Shown: positions 1 through 14,535, numbered from the stretch's first letter. The stretch: 64,000 nt of DNA from the human T2T-CHM13v2.0 reference genome, Homo sapiens (GCF_009914755.1 NC_060930.1), one strand, 5' to 3'. Notes: generated from the letters alone by a model not told the origin. Numbers and translations: made by a program.

Positions 1-653
1 TACTCTGCCTGTGCTCCACAAAAAGAACAACAAAGCCTGGATGACAGCACATCTGTTTACAGCATGGCTTACTGAATATTTTAAGCCCACTATTGAGACC
101 ATTTCTCAGAAAAAAAAAAAAAATGATTCCTTTTAAAGGTTACTCCTTATTGACAATGCACCTGGTCACCCAAGAGCTCTGATGGAGATGTACAAGGAGA
201 TGAATGTTGTTTTCATGCCTGCTAACACAACATCCATTCTACAGCCCATGGATCGAGGAATAATTTTAACTTTCAAGCTCTATTATTTAAGAAATACATT
301 TTGTAGGGCTAACCTACCATAGATAGTAATTCCTCTGATGGATCAGGGCAAAGTACATTGAAAACCTTCTGGAAAGGATTTATCATTCCAGATGCCATTA
401 AGAACATTTGTGATTTATGAAAGAAGGTCAAAATATCAACATTGACAGGAATTTGGAAGAAGTTGATACCAACCCTCCTGGATGACTTTGAGGGGTCAAG
501 ACTTCACTGGAGGAAGTAACTGCAGATGTGGTGGAAACAGCAAGAGAACTAGAATTAGAAGTGGAGTCTAAAGACAAGACTGAGTTGCTGCAATCTCACG
601 ATCGAACTTGAATGGATAAATTGTTTCTTATGGAAGAGCAAAGAAAGTGTTTT

Positions 654-1002
<349 letters not shown>

Positions 1003-1220
1003 TGAACATTGTTGAGATGACAACAAAGTATTTAGAACATTCCATAAACTTAGTTTAAAAGCAGGAGCAAGGTTTCAGAAGATTGACTCCAATTTCAAGA
1101 GAAGTTCTATCGTGAGTAAAATGCTATCAAACAGCATCAGATGCTACAGAGAGATCTTCTGTGAAAGGAAGAGTCCATCAATGCAGCAACTTCATTGCTG
1201 TCTTACTTTAAGAAATTGTC

Positions 1221-1481
1221 GGCCGGGCGCAGTGGCTCATGCCTATAATCCCAGCACTTTGGGAGGCTGAGGCGTATGGATCACTTGAAGTCAGGAGTTC
1301 AAGACTAGCCTGGCCAACATGGTGAAACCTCATCTCTACAAAAATAGAAAAATTAGCTGGGCGTGGTGGCGCATGCCTGTAGTCCCAGCTACTCAGGAGA
1401 AGAATCACTTGAGCCCAGGAGGAGGAGGTTGCAGTGAGCCGAGATCGCGCCACTGCACTCCAGCCTGGGTGACAGGGACTC
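1221..1481 (+). mobile_element. Alu (AluS-like) lacking its A-tail
   Basis: Starts ggccgggcgcagtggctc; runs directly into Tigger1 sequence with no poly-A. Confidence 0.93.
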
Positions 1482-1643
1482 ATCGAAGCAAGATCTCCAC
1501 CAGCTAAAAGATTGTGACTTACTGAAGGCACAGATGATCATTGGCATTTTTAGCAATAATGCATTTTCATTAAGGTCTATATATTGCTTTTTTAGATATA
1601 ATGCTATTGCACACTTTTAGACTATAGTATAGTGTAAACATAA

Positions 1644-2025
<382 letters not shown>

Positions 2026-4774
2026 TAGGATTATTTGCCACAGCGTTGACCAAATAATCATTTGTGGCCAAAGTTTTTGAAGAATAGACTATAGAGAGAG
2101 GAGATCAGAGTGGGCCAATAGGGAGCCATGCAGTGGCCCACATTTGGAAAAGGAGAGGAATGTGCTGAGCGGAGTTGATGGATAATTAACTAGAAATGAC
2201 TGCACTGAAAAGTGTGTGTCTGCTGGTGTTGCTGAAAAAGGTTGGAGTGTGGGTTTATCACATCCCGAAAAAGGCTAAGGAGAAGAGGAACTGAAGAAAA
2301 GACCTACCGATTCACTAAGGATTTCCCACCAAGAGGCCTCAATAAAGACAAACTGGCTTTTATAATTCAATTCAAACACAAATTATTTTTTAAATTAATT
2401 CCTACGGTTTGCATTGATATTTTAACATGAGAAGTGGAGTTCAGAAACTGCAACAAAAGGGATTTGAGCAGTGATAAAATATTTGTAAGCCTCTCCTGAT
2501 GACCTTGGTACTGAAAGAGACTGTTCTCCTGTGTCGGGGAAGGTTCTGGACCGCCTTTCCAGCAGCATTTTATCATCAGAAAACGGCTCACTTCATAAGG
2601 TTTATAACCTTCCATAAAACTGCAGAACATTTTATTCTTTTTTCATTAAGCCACCTTTGGAATCATTTTAGTCCCTTTATAGTCTCTTATTTAATCTGTT
2701 TTTTCGTAGACTAAAGGGAGAAAAAATTCTATCAGTGGTCAAAATAGTAATTAGATAGTGTAAGTCACAGCCTGATGGCTTCAAGGCATACATACTTACT
2801 ACTTATCTCCTCCATCTGCCTTCATCAGTGAATTCTTTTACTCCCAAGCACATCTTTACCTTTTTCTTAAACAATGGAAAAAAGAAACTACCAAACCGTG
2901 CATTTTCCCAATTATAAGAGTTACTAATGTTTATATTCTTTTCTATTAAAGCATCATTCCCATGGTGTAAAAGCTCTTTTACCAAACCCTAAGGAAAGCA
3001 TGAATTAATAAAACATCAAGAGATTTTATTTCCTATATTGAAAACTCCTATAGTTGCATAAAAACAACTGAATCTTTTGGAAATACGTGTAATCACAAGG
3101 AGAGGAACATTAAAAGAGAGAAACTCACTACAAAATAAATCTTAAAACCACTTTCATGTTTAAAAAGAAGAAAATATCAGTTCTTCTTATTCCTGAAGGA
3201 TTTTTTTTTAAAAAAATCTTTTAATTAATGACAGCCCTCAGGGCACTGAGCAATTGTTAATTAAAACAAGGAGAAAAGGAAGAGGAAGTAGGCAAAAATG
3301 CTAAGATGAACACGTTTCCTTTTCTCTGCAGGGGAATAACATTACCAAATGAACATTAATAAATATGAATACTATTGAGAAGAAATACATTTAAAAAAAT
3401 TTTAACTCCCACCTCAGCTTGACACACACTAGCAGCTACATAAATTAATTGGGGCGCCTCGAGAATTATAAACCCCTGGGTGTCACCTTTTGTCTAATTG
3501 AGTATTGGTAGCCATCACCCTACCCTCATCAGGATGGATTGTTTCTTTCTCGGTGCAAGCTGACTTCTGTCAGGGAATAGCGCCTGATCAACGGTCTTCT
3601 AAGGGATTTCATTCACTTTCATTCTTGCAGTGGGCGGGCATTCACGTAGGCAACCGCCATCATTATAAAACATTTCTTAAATGCGAGTTAGGAGCTAGAC
3701 TCACTGCCCATTCAATTCATTGGTCTTTCCCTTTGCAGCCATTAAATTTTTACTTAGAAAAAAATAATTATCAGATCTTTTCGTTCACCCCCTGTGCTTA
3801 CCTAATTTGGGCAGGTTATTAGTAATAACATTTTCCTGGTCGTTCCCTACCACTTTCCCCTCTACCTCACATGAAAAAGGCTTTTATCTTTCTCATAAGC
3901 TCAGAAGTTCACTTAACAAGCAGAGCTTTAGAAGCCAAGAACAAGAAAAAAAAAAAAAAGGTAAGAGAATCTGTTTTCTACTTTATTTGGAGGGGGACAG
4001 AAACCCAGAATCCCATAGGCTGTATGTTTAGCATGAAAAAAAAAGTCATTATTTGAAATTAGGACAACCAGGGATAGTTTTTCCCAACTTTTAAATGATC
4101 CCAGTTTTACGTAATTTTATGGGCTTTTCATCAAAGTTGTTTTTCAAAAATAGAACTCAACCCCTTAGGGTTTAAGAGTTTTTTCCCCTTTAGTGTGCGT
4201 GCACACACCCCTTTGATGTTCCGCATGCTAGCATATCAGGGTCAGTGCATGGGGGCCAGTGTCATTTACAGAATTTCTCAGATGCCAGCTAAGATCAGTA
4301 GCTAGGAGACAACTTAGAATTTCATTTTGCTCTTTGTTCAGATACATTCTTTACCACAGATAAGATCTTACCTCCCCAGCAGTCTATCTCTAAAAGAACA
4401 AACTCTAGGTAATCAAAAAGCTATATTCTACCCCCCAACCAAAAACAAATTGCTTATTTTAGCTAATACCTAGTCAAACATAAATGCCAGGGTAGAAAAA
4501 ATAATGTATTTTCTCTTTCCTTGCTATAATAATATATACCAGTTGAAAACTCCTGATTTTCCTCAGACCACCTAAAAAGCTTTGTCCATTGCTTGTGCTC
4601 ATGTAGTAGCTAAAGGAGGTTATTTACAAGGCACAAAGGAGAAATACATAGCCCGTCTATACTGCATCACTTTTTTGTTCTCTTCACTTGTGCATAGTAT
4701 CTACTAATGACTAGCTGAGGATAGTAATTTACATAACATTGAAATGGAAAAATTAAAGGAACACTTTTTGCTTC

Positions 4775-5070
4775 GTTTTTCAAAGTGGACTTACCTAAGA
4801 AGCACTACCATGCTCCTTAAAAATGCTTTCTTGGTTCTCCCCACTGATGTCGCCAATCTGGGGGTGGGGCTCAGAAATCTATTTTTTGTTTTTTTAGAGC
4901 AAGGCAGGGTCTTGCTCTATAACCCAGGCTGGAGTGCAATGTTGCAATCATGACTTACTGCAGCCTTGAACTCCTGGCCTCAAGCAATCCTCTCACCTCA
5001 GCCTCCCAAAGTGCTGGGATTACAGGCACAGGAATCTATTTTTTTTAACAAGCATGAGAGCCATTCATAG
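4775..5070. mobile_element. MER5-like hAT MITE remnant, interrupted by an Alu monomer
   Basis: tttcaaagtgg...ctgggggtggggctcagaaatctatttt..taacaagc resembles MER5A. Confidence 0.55.
4882..5028 (-). mobile_element. Alu monomer (FRAM-like)
   Basis: Single right-arm-type monomer; flanks agaaatctatttt / aggaatctatttt look like a TSD. Confidence 0.85.
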
Positions 5071-5076
5071 GCCAAA

Positions 5077-5385
<309 letters not shown>

Positions 5386-7074
5386 GCATGTTTTTTGTGG
5401 GATCTCATTATTTTTAACTGTCTCATGCAATATCTAATAATAAAATGTACATGTCTTCTTCATTTTATTTCTATATAGAGCGTGTTTTATTAATACATGT
5501 TGTTACAACATCTAATTGCAAATACATATGAAACTCTATCCAAACTCCTACCCAATCTCTTGGTAGTGGAAAGTACATCAGTCACAGGAATAGAACCCAG
5601 AGTCAAGGTCCTGAAGTTTGGGCCTTGGCTGGAGAGCAGAGTAGACTCAGGTCACAACACCAGGATGGGATACATGGAGGAGAAGGAGGAAGATGGGGGG
5701 AAAGGAAGATTCTAGGTCTGCCGAAAAAGATCAGGCAGGTAAAACTCAGAGACCTTCCAGCAAGGCCCAAAACACCACTAGCCACAGGAGAGGTTTCAAG
5801 CAATTGACTCATCTGCCCCTAGTGGGATTTTTAAACTACAGACTGGTATAGGAGGTGACCTGTTTAGATTTACTCTCAAACCTGCTGTGTTGGGCCACTC
5901 CAATTTAGACTACACTTTGCTGAAGTTCTGAAATTCAAGAATTGCTTCTCACCTCCTTGTGACCTATGAAGAGATGTCATTATCTGGGTCCACCCACATT
6001 CACTTGGGAGTTCATTCAATAAAACTTTGCAATATAATGTAATGGGTGTCCCATAGGGATTCGGGGCAGAAATATTTTTAACTCTCATTTTGTTTCAAGT
6101 ACAATAGACAGTAACTAAATTTTCCAGAAAACTTTAAAGATGCTTTTATCTCTGAAAGGTTTTTCTTTTTTAACCCACTTCAGTCCCACTGATGTTTTCA
6201 CTAGCTTGCCTCCAGGATAATGCATTTGATATCAGTGAATGTGAATACACACTTCCAAATGCTTTGTGCAGGCTGATCCACTAGCTCTCTTTAGACTTTT
6301 GCTAATCAGAAATTGCTCAAGAAGGAAATTTGTGAGCTGTTTCCAAATTGCCTACTGCCTTAGACTTATGTAACTATGACAGGTTTATTGATGCAGCTGG
6401 GAGCAAGTTTTTAATCTTAGAAGAAAATGTTTATTTCTAAATAGAGGTGCATATACTTTTCATAAAAGTATTTCTAGAGGCTTTTTAAAATGCTTTGATG
6501 GTTTAAACTAATAGAAATAATAATCTTTAAATATGCTTATCAGTAGCATCCCCAGAATTCACGTCTTTAGTCTTTGTACGAATTAGATTTCCTGGCTAAA
6601 CCTGTGAAAAATCTCATGGTATTAGGAAATCTGAATGTTGTTTCTTTGTATTATTCAGGAATTATATATTTTTAATTTTTAAAAAGTTAAATAGATGGAG
6701 ATAATGTTGCAGTCTGAAAGGGCAGCCCTGAGAACTTATAATCAGTGCTATGGTGGCTGTCCTGCATTCTTTGGGGCAGAGCTTCCTGAGTTAGTCCCCA
6801 CAGTTACTACCTCTCCTTCCTCGCCTTTCCTCTCTTGCTGCTCTCTCCTTCCTATCTTTACTAATTTATCTTCCCATGTCAACCCCTTAAATTCTGCTGC
6901 TCTTTCATAGAAATCACCTCGTTGTCCCGCTTCTCCACCACTCATATTCTAGATTGGTAGATATGGACCATACAGATAGTCTACCATGGCTACCATCAAA
7001 TATTTTTGTTCACTTCATTGTGCATAGTTACCTACTAGTTATTCATTGGGAGTAGTAATTTGCAAATTATTTAA

Positions 7075-7423
<349 letters not shown>

Positions 7424-7427
7424 CTGC

Positions 7428-7590
7428 TATAGTTTTCAAAGTAGACTTACATCAGAATCACCTGGAGTGCTCATAATGTGTTTCTGGTCCTTCTCCCCAA
7501 CTTTATTAATCTGGGGCATGTCCCAGGAATCAAGATTTTTCACAAGGATTCCAATGATTCTCATGCATACTCAAGTGTGAGATCTACTGA
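7428..7590. mobile_element. MER5A-like MITE
   Basis: catcagaatcacctggag...cccaggaatc...tgattctcatgcatactcaagtgtgagatctactg. Confidence 0.7.
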
Positions 7591-7629
7591 GAGGCCAAAT
7601 GTTTTAATAAGGTAACATTTTTAGGTTGT

Positions 7630-8150
7630 CATCACCACCTCCTCATTTTTGCTCAACCCAACCCCATATCCAGTAAGTCTCAAAGCCTTCTTGATTCTGA
7701 ATCCTCCCCCTGTACCCCTCTTCTCTGTTCCATCCCGTTTTGCTCTTTTTGGATCCATCATTCATTCTATCTGGTACATGTGCCTCCAGATTACCCCTCC
7801 AACCTACATCCACAGTATCTGTGTGGTTTTGGTTAACACTGAAATCTGATCATGTTTCACCTGCTTAGAATACTCACTGACTCCAGATGTTCACAGGTTA
7901 AAACCCAGACTCCTTCATGTTAGCTTGCAAGGCTTTGTCACCTGCCCCCAAGCTCCCACTCATGCTAATGTGATCCTTCTTGGCACCCTCTCTGCGTAAT
8001 CACACTGCATAGTCTTTCAGTTTCTGAAGACACACTGTCTCTCACTTGGATACCTTCACATATGTTTACATGCCAGAAATAACCACACTCACCCTCCCAC
8101 CTCTCCACTGCCCTTGTCCACTTGGGGAAATTCCGTTCAGCTCTACAGTT
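7630..8150 (+). mobile_element. L2 LINE fragment
   Basis: aaatctgatcatgtttcacctgcttagaa...aaacccagactccttc is a typical L2 3' region. Confidence 0.65.
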
Positions 8151-8152
8151 TC

Positions 8153-8481
8153 TGCTATGGTTTGAATGGATTCCCTCCCAAATTCAGGTGTTGCCAATGT
8201 GACGGTTTTACAAGGTGGGCCTTTAAGATGTGATTACACTATAAGGGCTCTTCCCTCGTGAATGGGATCAGGTGTGGGAGGAGTTCACCCTCTCTTGACC
8301 TTCTGCCTTCCACCACATGAGGACACAGCATTGTCCCCTCCAGAGGGGGCACCAGATACCAAATGCCAGTGCCTTGATCTTAGACTTCCAGACTCCAGAA
8401 CTATGAGAAATAAAAGTCTGTTCTTTATAAACTACCCAGCCTTTGGTATTCTGTTATAGCAGCACAAAATGAACTAAGACA
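8153..8481 (+). mobile_element. MaLR solo LTR (MST family, MSTC-like)
   Basis: tgctatggtttgaatg...caaattcaggtgttgccaatgtga...gttatagcagcacaaaatgaactaagaca; TG...CA ends. Confidence 0.85.
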
Positions 8482-8558
8482 TTCTCCTCCTCTTTGATAT
8501 GTGACTCTACCAGACTGACTTGGGTGCATCTTCTGTGCACCTATAGGCCTTGTGTAGA

Positions 8559-8649
8559 TGTGTAGACCTCAGCCTGAGCTCTTTCCACACCATGTAGCAG
8601 TTGTGTAGACCTCAGCCTGAGCTCTTTCCACACCATGTTGCAGTTGTGT
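8559..8649. repeat. 43-bp tandem duplication (2 copies, 1 mismatch)
   Basis: tgtgtagacctcagcctgagctctttccacaccatgt(a/t)gcagt at 8559 and 8602. Confidence 0.95.
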
Positions 8650-9119
8650 GCTTGTCTCCCTGTGGCCCATTTCCCATTCATAGGCTAAGGGAGCAAACAG
8701 GCATCTGGGACCTGGCCAGATGGGGTGCTAACGGCCAGATAAGAAGAAAGGTATCGATCCTAGGCAGTCAGAAACAGCTTTAGTCCCAGAAGTGAGTGTT
8801 CATCGAAAGAAGGAAGAAAAATTTGGTCCAAGAGAGAATTGTTGTCTTTTAATTTAATGAAACAATGCCACGGAGTTATTCATTGTGTCCACTTGGGCTT
8901 AAATTAAAGCAAGGTGTATTTCAGTTAGACATGTGAAAGATGGCTTTACTGCAAAGCTGATAAAAGACTGAAATAAAGTGGCAAGAAAAGTTATGGTGTA
9001 AAATTCTCTTCTAGTCTCTCTTTAAAATGAGACTAGGTAGATGTTTATCTGTTTGTGACCTTGGGAAATGTATTATATTTTACATTTTCAAATCTTTCCA
9101 TATATCTTGAACAATGTTG

Positions 9120-9530
9120 ATTTCATTGTTAAATGTGTCCACATTTTTTATTATTTCTGTAGGAAAATTTCCTAGAAGTAGAATTAATATATCAAAAGAT
9201 ATAGACATTTTGAATGTCCTTGATATATATTGATAAGTTGTCAATATTTTCTCTTCTGATAAGTGAAAATGGTACTAATTATTATTTTATCTTTTATTTC
9301 TTGATTAACTTGTTAAGTATTTATATGCTTATTAGCTACTCTTATATCTTAGTTTATAAATTAACAGGATATTTTGTTTTAGTTTTCATCCATTCCTCTT
9401 CTGAGGTCTTAGCATTTTTCTTATTTATTTGAAAGAGTTCTGTGTAAGTAAAAGCAATTAACCTTTTATCTCTGGCATTATTCCTTTATTTGTTATCGGA
9501 CTTTTTTATTAATGTTGTTTTTGACATATG
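9120..9530 (-). mobile_element. Old L1M(E) fragment
   Basis: ttcctagaagtagaattaatatatcaaaagatatagacatttt, antisense L1M-type. Confidence 0.55.
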
Positions 9531-9906
9531 GAAACATACCAGGTTTACAAATTCAGGCAATACGGATCTTTCAACGTGCAGATACATGGTATGTTTATTT
9601 TACCTGTAATTATGCTGGTCTTCCTTATAAGCTCACAGTCACTTGGTAGAGAGGCAGAAATGAATGTTAGGCCTTTTTTATTTTTTAATTTAGTCTGAAC
9701 TTATCCCGTAAATAGCCCTTTGTAGTAATGTTTGGTTTTTTTGAGGTAATTGCTTAGTCTCTCTTGTTCCCAACTCCTTCCTGGCTCTGTTCCAAGGTGG
9801 AGTTAAGTGTCTTAAGTGGAAGGGACTCAGGTAACCTCTGAGAGCAGTGAAGAGCAACTTGGATTCACATGATCATTGGGCGTGCTGCCAGCCTTTCCAC
9901 CTAACA

Positions 9907-10003
9907 TCTCTCCCTCCCTTCCTTCCTCTCTCTCTCCCTACTTTCCTCTCTCTCTCTCTCTCTCCTCATCTCCCTCCATTTCTCTCCCTCCCCCTACTTT
10001 CCC
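9907..10003. repeat. CT-rich low-complexity polypyrimidine tract
   Basis: About 100 nt of C/T with no AG dinucleotide. Confidence 0.9.
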
Positions 10004-10906
10004 AGCTGACTGGATTCTTCTTGAGTGGCTGCTATAGCACCCTCTGCCTCTCTGCCTCATTCTTCCGGGGATGAAGCTGTCCACCCCCATTCCCTGTGGA
10101 GAGGTCTCCTCACCTCACCATGGTAAGCCTGTGCCGGGCCGGCGGGCTCTTAACTCAGGTCCAAGACCCTCTAGTGGGCAGGTCCCCAACACATCATATG
10201 GGAACCAAAAGGTGCCCAGAAAAGCTACACGTCCAGGCCTCCATGTGCCTAAGCAGCCCTACCACTTAGCATATCATGAGGCCGTACCACGAAGCCGTAC
10301 CTTGAAGCGGCTGCACCTGAGTAGGTAAAGGAGCAGCCAAGGGGCCATCTCTTTCTGAAGCACTAACTGGAAGTTGAGACAGAGATCTCTCCACCCTCTG
10401 AATTCCTCATATCATTGGCCAAAGCAGGACACCCACTTCTAACCATTTCTCTTCTCCTACTCCTTGTTTCCCTTTTCCTCATACAATCCCTCTGGCTGTT
10501 TATTTTTAACTTCCCCTATGTTGGATCATCTTTCTAGCATAGAACAATAGGCCTCCTGGCCCCATGGGCAGAAGTACATGTTCTTCACACCCTGGGAGAA
10601 GCAAAGGATCTGATGGGCCATGCCCATCCTCTGATAAGTTCAACTGTGACTGAACAGATTTCAGCATTTAGCAATCCTCTTTCTCCTGACTTTCCAGCAC
10701 TGCTCAAGACAGCAAATGAACATCCCCCCCTGCTCTGGGAAGTCATTCTTGCAGCTTGGGCTCAGAGGGGTGAGGCTAAAAATAGGACACAAATAAGGTG
10801 GGGCGGGGTGGGGGGGAGGGTATCAGGATGCACCTATTTAATCTTTACAAAATATTTTCCTGGTTATATAGATTTTTCAACTTTTATGTAGCCATATCTC
10901 ACATTG

Positions 10907-11573
10907 TGTGACGATTAATTTCATGTGTCAACTTGACTGAGCTATGGGGTACCCAGATATTTGGTCAGACATTATTCAGGGTGTTTCATTTGAGGATTTT
11001 TTTTCCAGATGAGATTAACATTTAAACCAGTAGACTTAGTAAAGCAGATCGCCTACTCTAATGTGGGTGGGCCTCACCCAAACAATTGAAGACCTCAATA
11101 GAACGAAAAGACAGACCCTTCCCCAAGTAAAAGAGGATTCTTCCTGCCTGACTGCCTTCTGACTCAGACTGAAACATCAGCTCTTCATGGGTCTTGAGAC
11201 AGGGACTACATCATCCATTCTAGTTCTCAAGCCTTTGAACTCAGACTGGAACTGCCCCATCAACTCTCCTGGGTCTCCAGCTTGCCAGCTCACCGTACAG
11301 ATCTTGAGACTTGCATGCCTCCATAATCTCATAAGTCAATTATTTATAATAAACTTCATTATATGTGTGTACATATATAAATATATATGTGTATGTATGT
11401 ATACATAATGTGTATATATATGTTTATATATGTATCTATATAAATATATATAGATTTATTATAAGAAATTGCTGTGAGATTATGCAGGTATGAAAGTCTC
11501 AGGATACATGTATATCTGTGTGCATATGTATCTCTTATTTGCTCTGTTTCTCTGGAGAACCCTGACTAGTACA
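10907..11573 (+). mobile_element. ERVL solo LTR (MLT2 family) with internal TA-rich microsatellite
   Basis: tgtgacgattaatttcatgtgtcaacttgactg...ctctgtttctctggagaaccctgactagtaca; flanks cattg / ctttg. Confidence 0.9.
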
Positions 11574-11574
11574 C

Positions 11575-11790
11575 TTTGCTTTTACTCTTAGAAAGTTTTT
11601 TCCCATTCTGACATCAGATAAATATTTATCTGTAGCTTCTTTTAGTTTTTAAAATTTCTGTTTCTCTTTAAAAGTCTTTGGTCCGTATGGGATGTATTTG
11701 AGCACATGTTGTAAGTTAAAAGTCAAAGCAGTTTTAATTTTTAAACATAAGTCAGTGTCCTCACAACCTTTAATATGTTCACTTCCTTGG
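11575..11790 (-). mobile_element. Old L1M fragment (split by MLT2)
   Basis: cttagaaagttttttcccattctgacatcagataaatatt, antisense L1 ORF2-end pattern. Confidence 0.5.
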
Positions 11791-12671
11791 CATGCACATG
11801 CTACAATTTTCTAGGATTTTATTTTTTCTCCTTTCTTTCTGCTCCTAAATGTGAACATTCCATATGTCTCTATCATTTTCCCTTTTCTTCTCAGCCCTCT
11901 TTCCTTTAAAATTATGCACATTCTATGTCAGCTATCTTCAATATGTAGGGACTGAAAAGGATTCAAAAGGCTGGAGGCTGTGTTTTAATCTACCTGTTGG
12001 ACTTTTCCACTAGGATCTTGCCCGAGTCCTGTAACTTAGCATGTATACACCAAAATGATCATCTTTAATACAGGCTTTTTGCTGCCAAACTTCAACCTGT
12101 CCCTGTCTCCCCTGCCCCATTCTTGTTGATGGCATTTGAACTCTTGAATTCTTTTGTCCATTGAAATCCTGCATGTTCTTTGTGGCCAGTTTAAAAGGTA
12201 GCTTCTTTCTAGCACTTTCACTTTTTGCTCCTCCCAAATCAAAGCAATCTCTATTTATCTAAATTCTCATAACACTTCGTACTTTTCTGACAGAACTTAT
12301 CTCACTTGACCTTGTATGACAGTTATGTATACATGCCAATTCCTCATTCTATATTTATATTCTGTATCTTGTTTGTAAAATTTCTAAAAAGAATGATACT
12401 TTCTAAACAAAGCTGGTATTTAGAAGTAGGAAACCTGTAGAATGAGTATGGGATAAACTGATCTTACAGAATTAATAAAACTGTTAATAATGTAGGTGAA
12501 GTTCATGATCGGCTTTTGACCGTGGCATGGATTCTCTCCATCGCTCCCTCTCCTCTCTGACTCCACTTTCCATGCTCAAACTGAAGGACAGAATCTACAT
12601 CATACACTTTTGTCTAATCTGCATTACCAGAATGGTACCTTAGATGCAATAGAACCTGAACACATATTTAT

Positions 12672-12707
12672 GGAAGGAAGGAAAGAAGGGAGGGAGGGAG
12701 GGAGGGA
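12672..12707 (+). repeat. (GGAA)/(GGGA)n microsatellite, G4-capable
   Basis: Five GGG tracts with 1-nt loops at 12688-12706, at the end of an L2-like remnant. Confidence 0.85.
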
Positions 12708-13166
12708 AGCAATGGTCATCTACAAATAATATGTGATGTGTTGATACAGGACAATATTAATACACATTTGTAAGTGTTCTCCCACCTCTGAAGATTCCTC
12801 CCTACTGACTCAGTGAGTTGGTATGGGCACCTCTGCCCTGCCCCTCAGCAGCCCAGGGTTACAAGCAAGGAGCCTGCCAGCCTAGGGCCATTTTTCCCAG
12901 GTCCAACCACACATATGTAACCAAGCTTTATTCATGAGTTTCATACTACTCACCCTAGGCTCCAAAATATTACTTGTAAGAAATGACTAGAGCCATAAAT
13001 AACAGAGAGTGGAGGAGTTCACTGGAGGTGTGGATAATGAAACATAAAACCAGCTTTCATATTCAATGAATAAAATAATTCCATATAATCAAAATTACAC
13101 ATAAGCCAAAGCCTCCCCCACAGTATGACAGAGTGACAGAGTGACTGGTGAGTCAGCCTGTGCTTC

Positions 13167-13454
13167 TTTTTTTTTTTTTTTGAGACCGGGTATTTCTCTG
13201 TCACCCAAGGCTGGAGTGCAGTGGCGCAATCATGGTTCACTGCAGCCTCAACCTCCTGGGCCCAAGGGATCGTCCTGTGTAGCTAGGACGACAGGCACAC
13301 ACCACCAAGCCCAGCTAAAATTTTTAAAAATGTTCTATAGAGACTGGGTCTCGCTGCATTGCTCAGGCTGGTCTTGAACTACTGGGCTCAAGCAATCTTC
13401 CTGCCTCACCCTCCCAAAGTGCTGGGATTACAGGCATGAGCCACAGCGCCTGGC
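13167..13454 (-). mobile_element. Alu (AluJ-like)
   Basis: Diverged dimeric Alu. Confidence 0.93.
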
Positions 13455-14246
13455 TGTTTTCCTTTGTTATGACCACTATTGGCATTTAAATGTCTAATGA
13501 ACCTCAATATTAATTATGTGCCACCTAGATAGGCAGAAATGTTAGTAGACATACAAACAGCCCCTCCCTAGTTAAGGGGGCCAGGCTTCCACAAAGTAAT
13601 CCCTCCCGATTTAGCTGTAAATGGGTTGCTAATCAGAAAGGCCTCAGGACAAAGGTAAGTGGCATAAATTCCTATTTACTGAATTAATATGACTGGTTCC
13701 CTGGGTGCCCTTCTTCTACTTGGAAGCACTTCTGGCAGTCTGATTTGGGATTTTCACCTGGCACTGTTCTGAGACTGGGGCTTTGGGGCCTATATTAATT
13801 TTAGATCCTAGTCTGTGGAGATTAGTCAATTCTATGAACTCTAATGTAGTGGTTGAAATAGTTTTCAGGAGCAAAAGTGCTTGCTTATCCGATCCATACT
13901 CTTCTGTGTGGATTCCACCTTAACATTCTATGTTAAGGATGGGTATGATTAATTCATTACCCAAGATTACAGCAGTATGCTAAAAACTACCTGGAGGCAT
14001 TTCTTTTGGTGTGAAATATTAAAGATTCAACATTTTTATCAGTGCACCTAATTCATATTCCAGAGCCTGTGGGCTGAGAAATGAACTTGGAAATATTCAG
14101 TCATTTTTTACCATCAGCTTGTTAAAATGTTGAAGAAGGTTATTGTTTTAACTACCTGTGGATAAAAAAAAGGAGAATTCGCTTCAGGAAGGCTAAAATA
14201 CAAAGACTAAAAGCTATAATGTCTTTTATTTCTTAAAACTGATATA

Positions 14247-14535
14247 GGCCAGGCGCAGTGGCTCACATCTGTAATCCCAGCACTATAGGAGGTGAGGTGG
14301 GCGGACTACGAGGTCAAGGGATGGAGACCATCCTAGTCAACATGGTGAAACCCTGTCTCTGCTAAAAATACAAAAATAAGCTGGACGTGATGGCGCATGC
14401 CTGTAGTCCCAGCTACTCGGGAGGCTGAGGCAGGAGAATTGCTTGAACCAGGGAGTCAGAGGTTGCAGTGAGCCGAGATGGTGCCACTGCACTCAAGCCT
14501 GGCAACAGAGCGATACTCCATTTCAAAAACAAAAC
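14247..14535 (+). mobile_element. Alu (AluSc-like)
   Basis: TSD aaaactgatata / aaaacagatata; gaggtcaag..gagaccatcct. Confidence 0.95.

Noticed and set aside
8559-8649. CRISPR-like direct repeat
   Set aside because: Two adjacent copies with no spacer, in human DNA with no cas genes.
13918-13938. 9-bp inverted repeat ccttaacat-tct-atgttaagg
   Set aside because: Expected by chance in 64 kb of AT-rich DNA.
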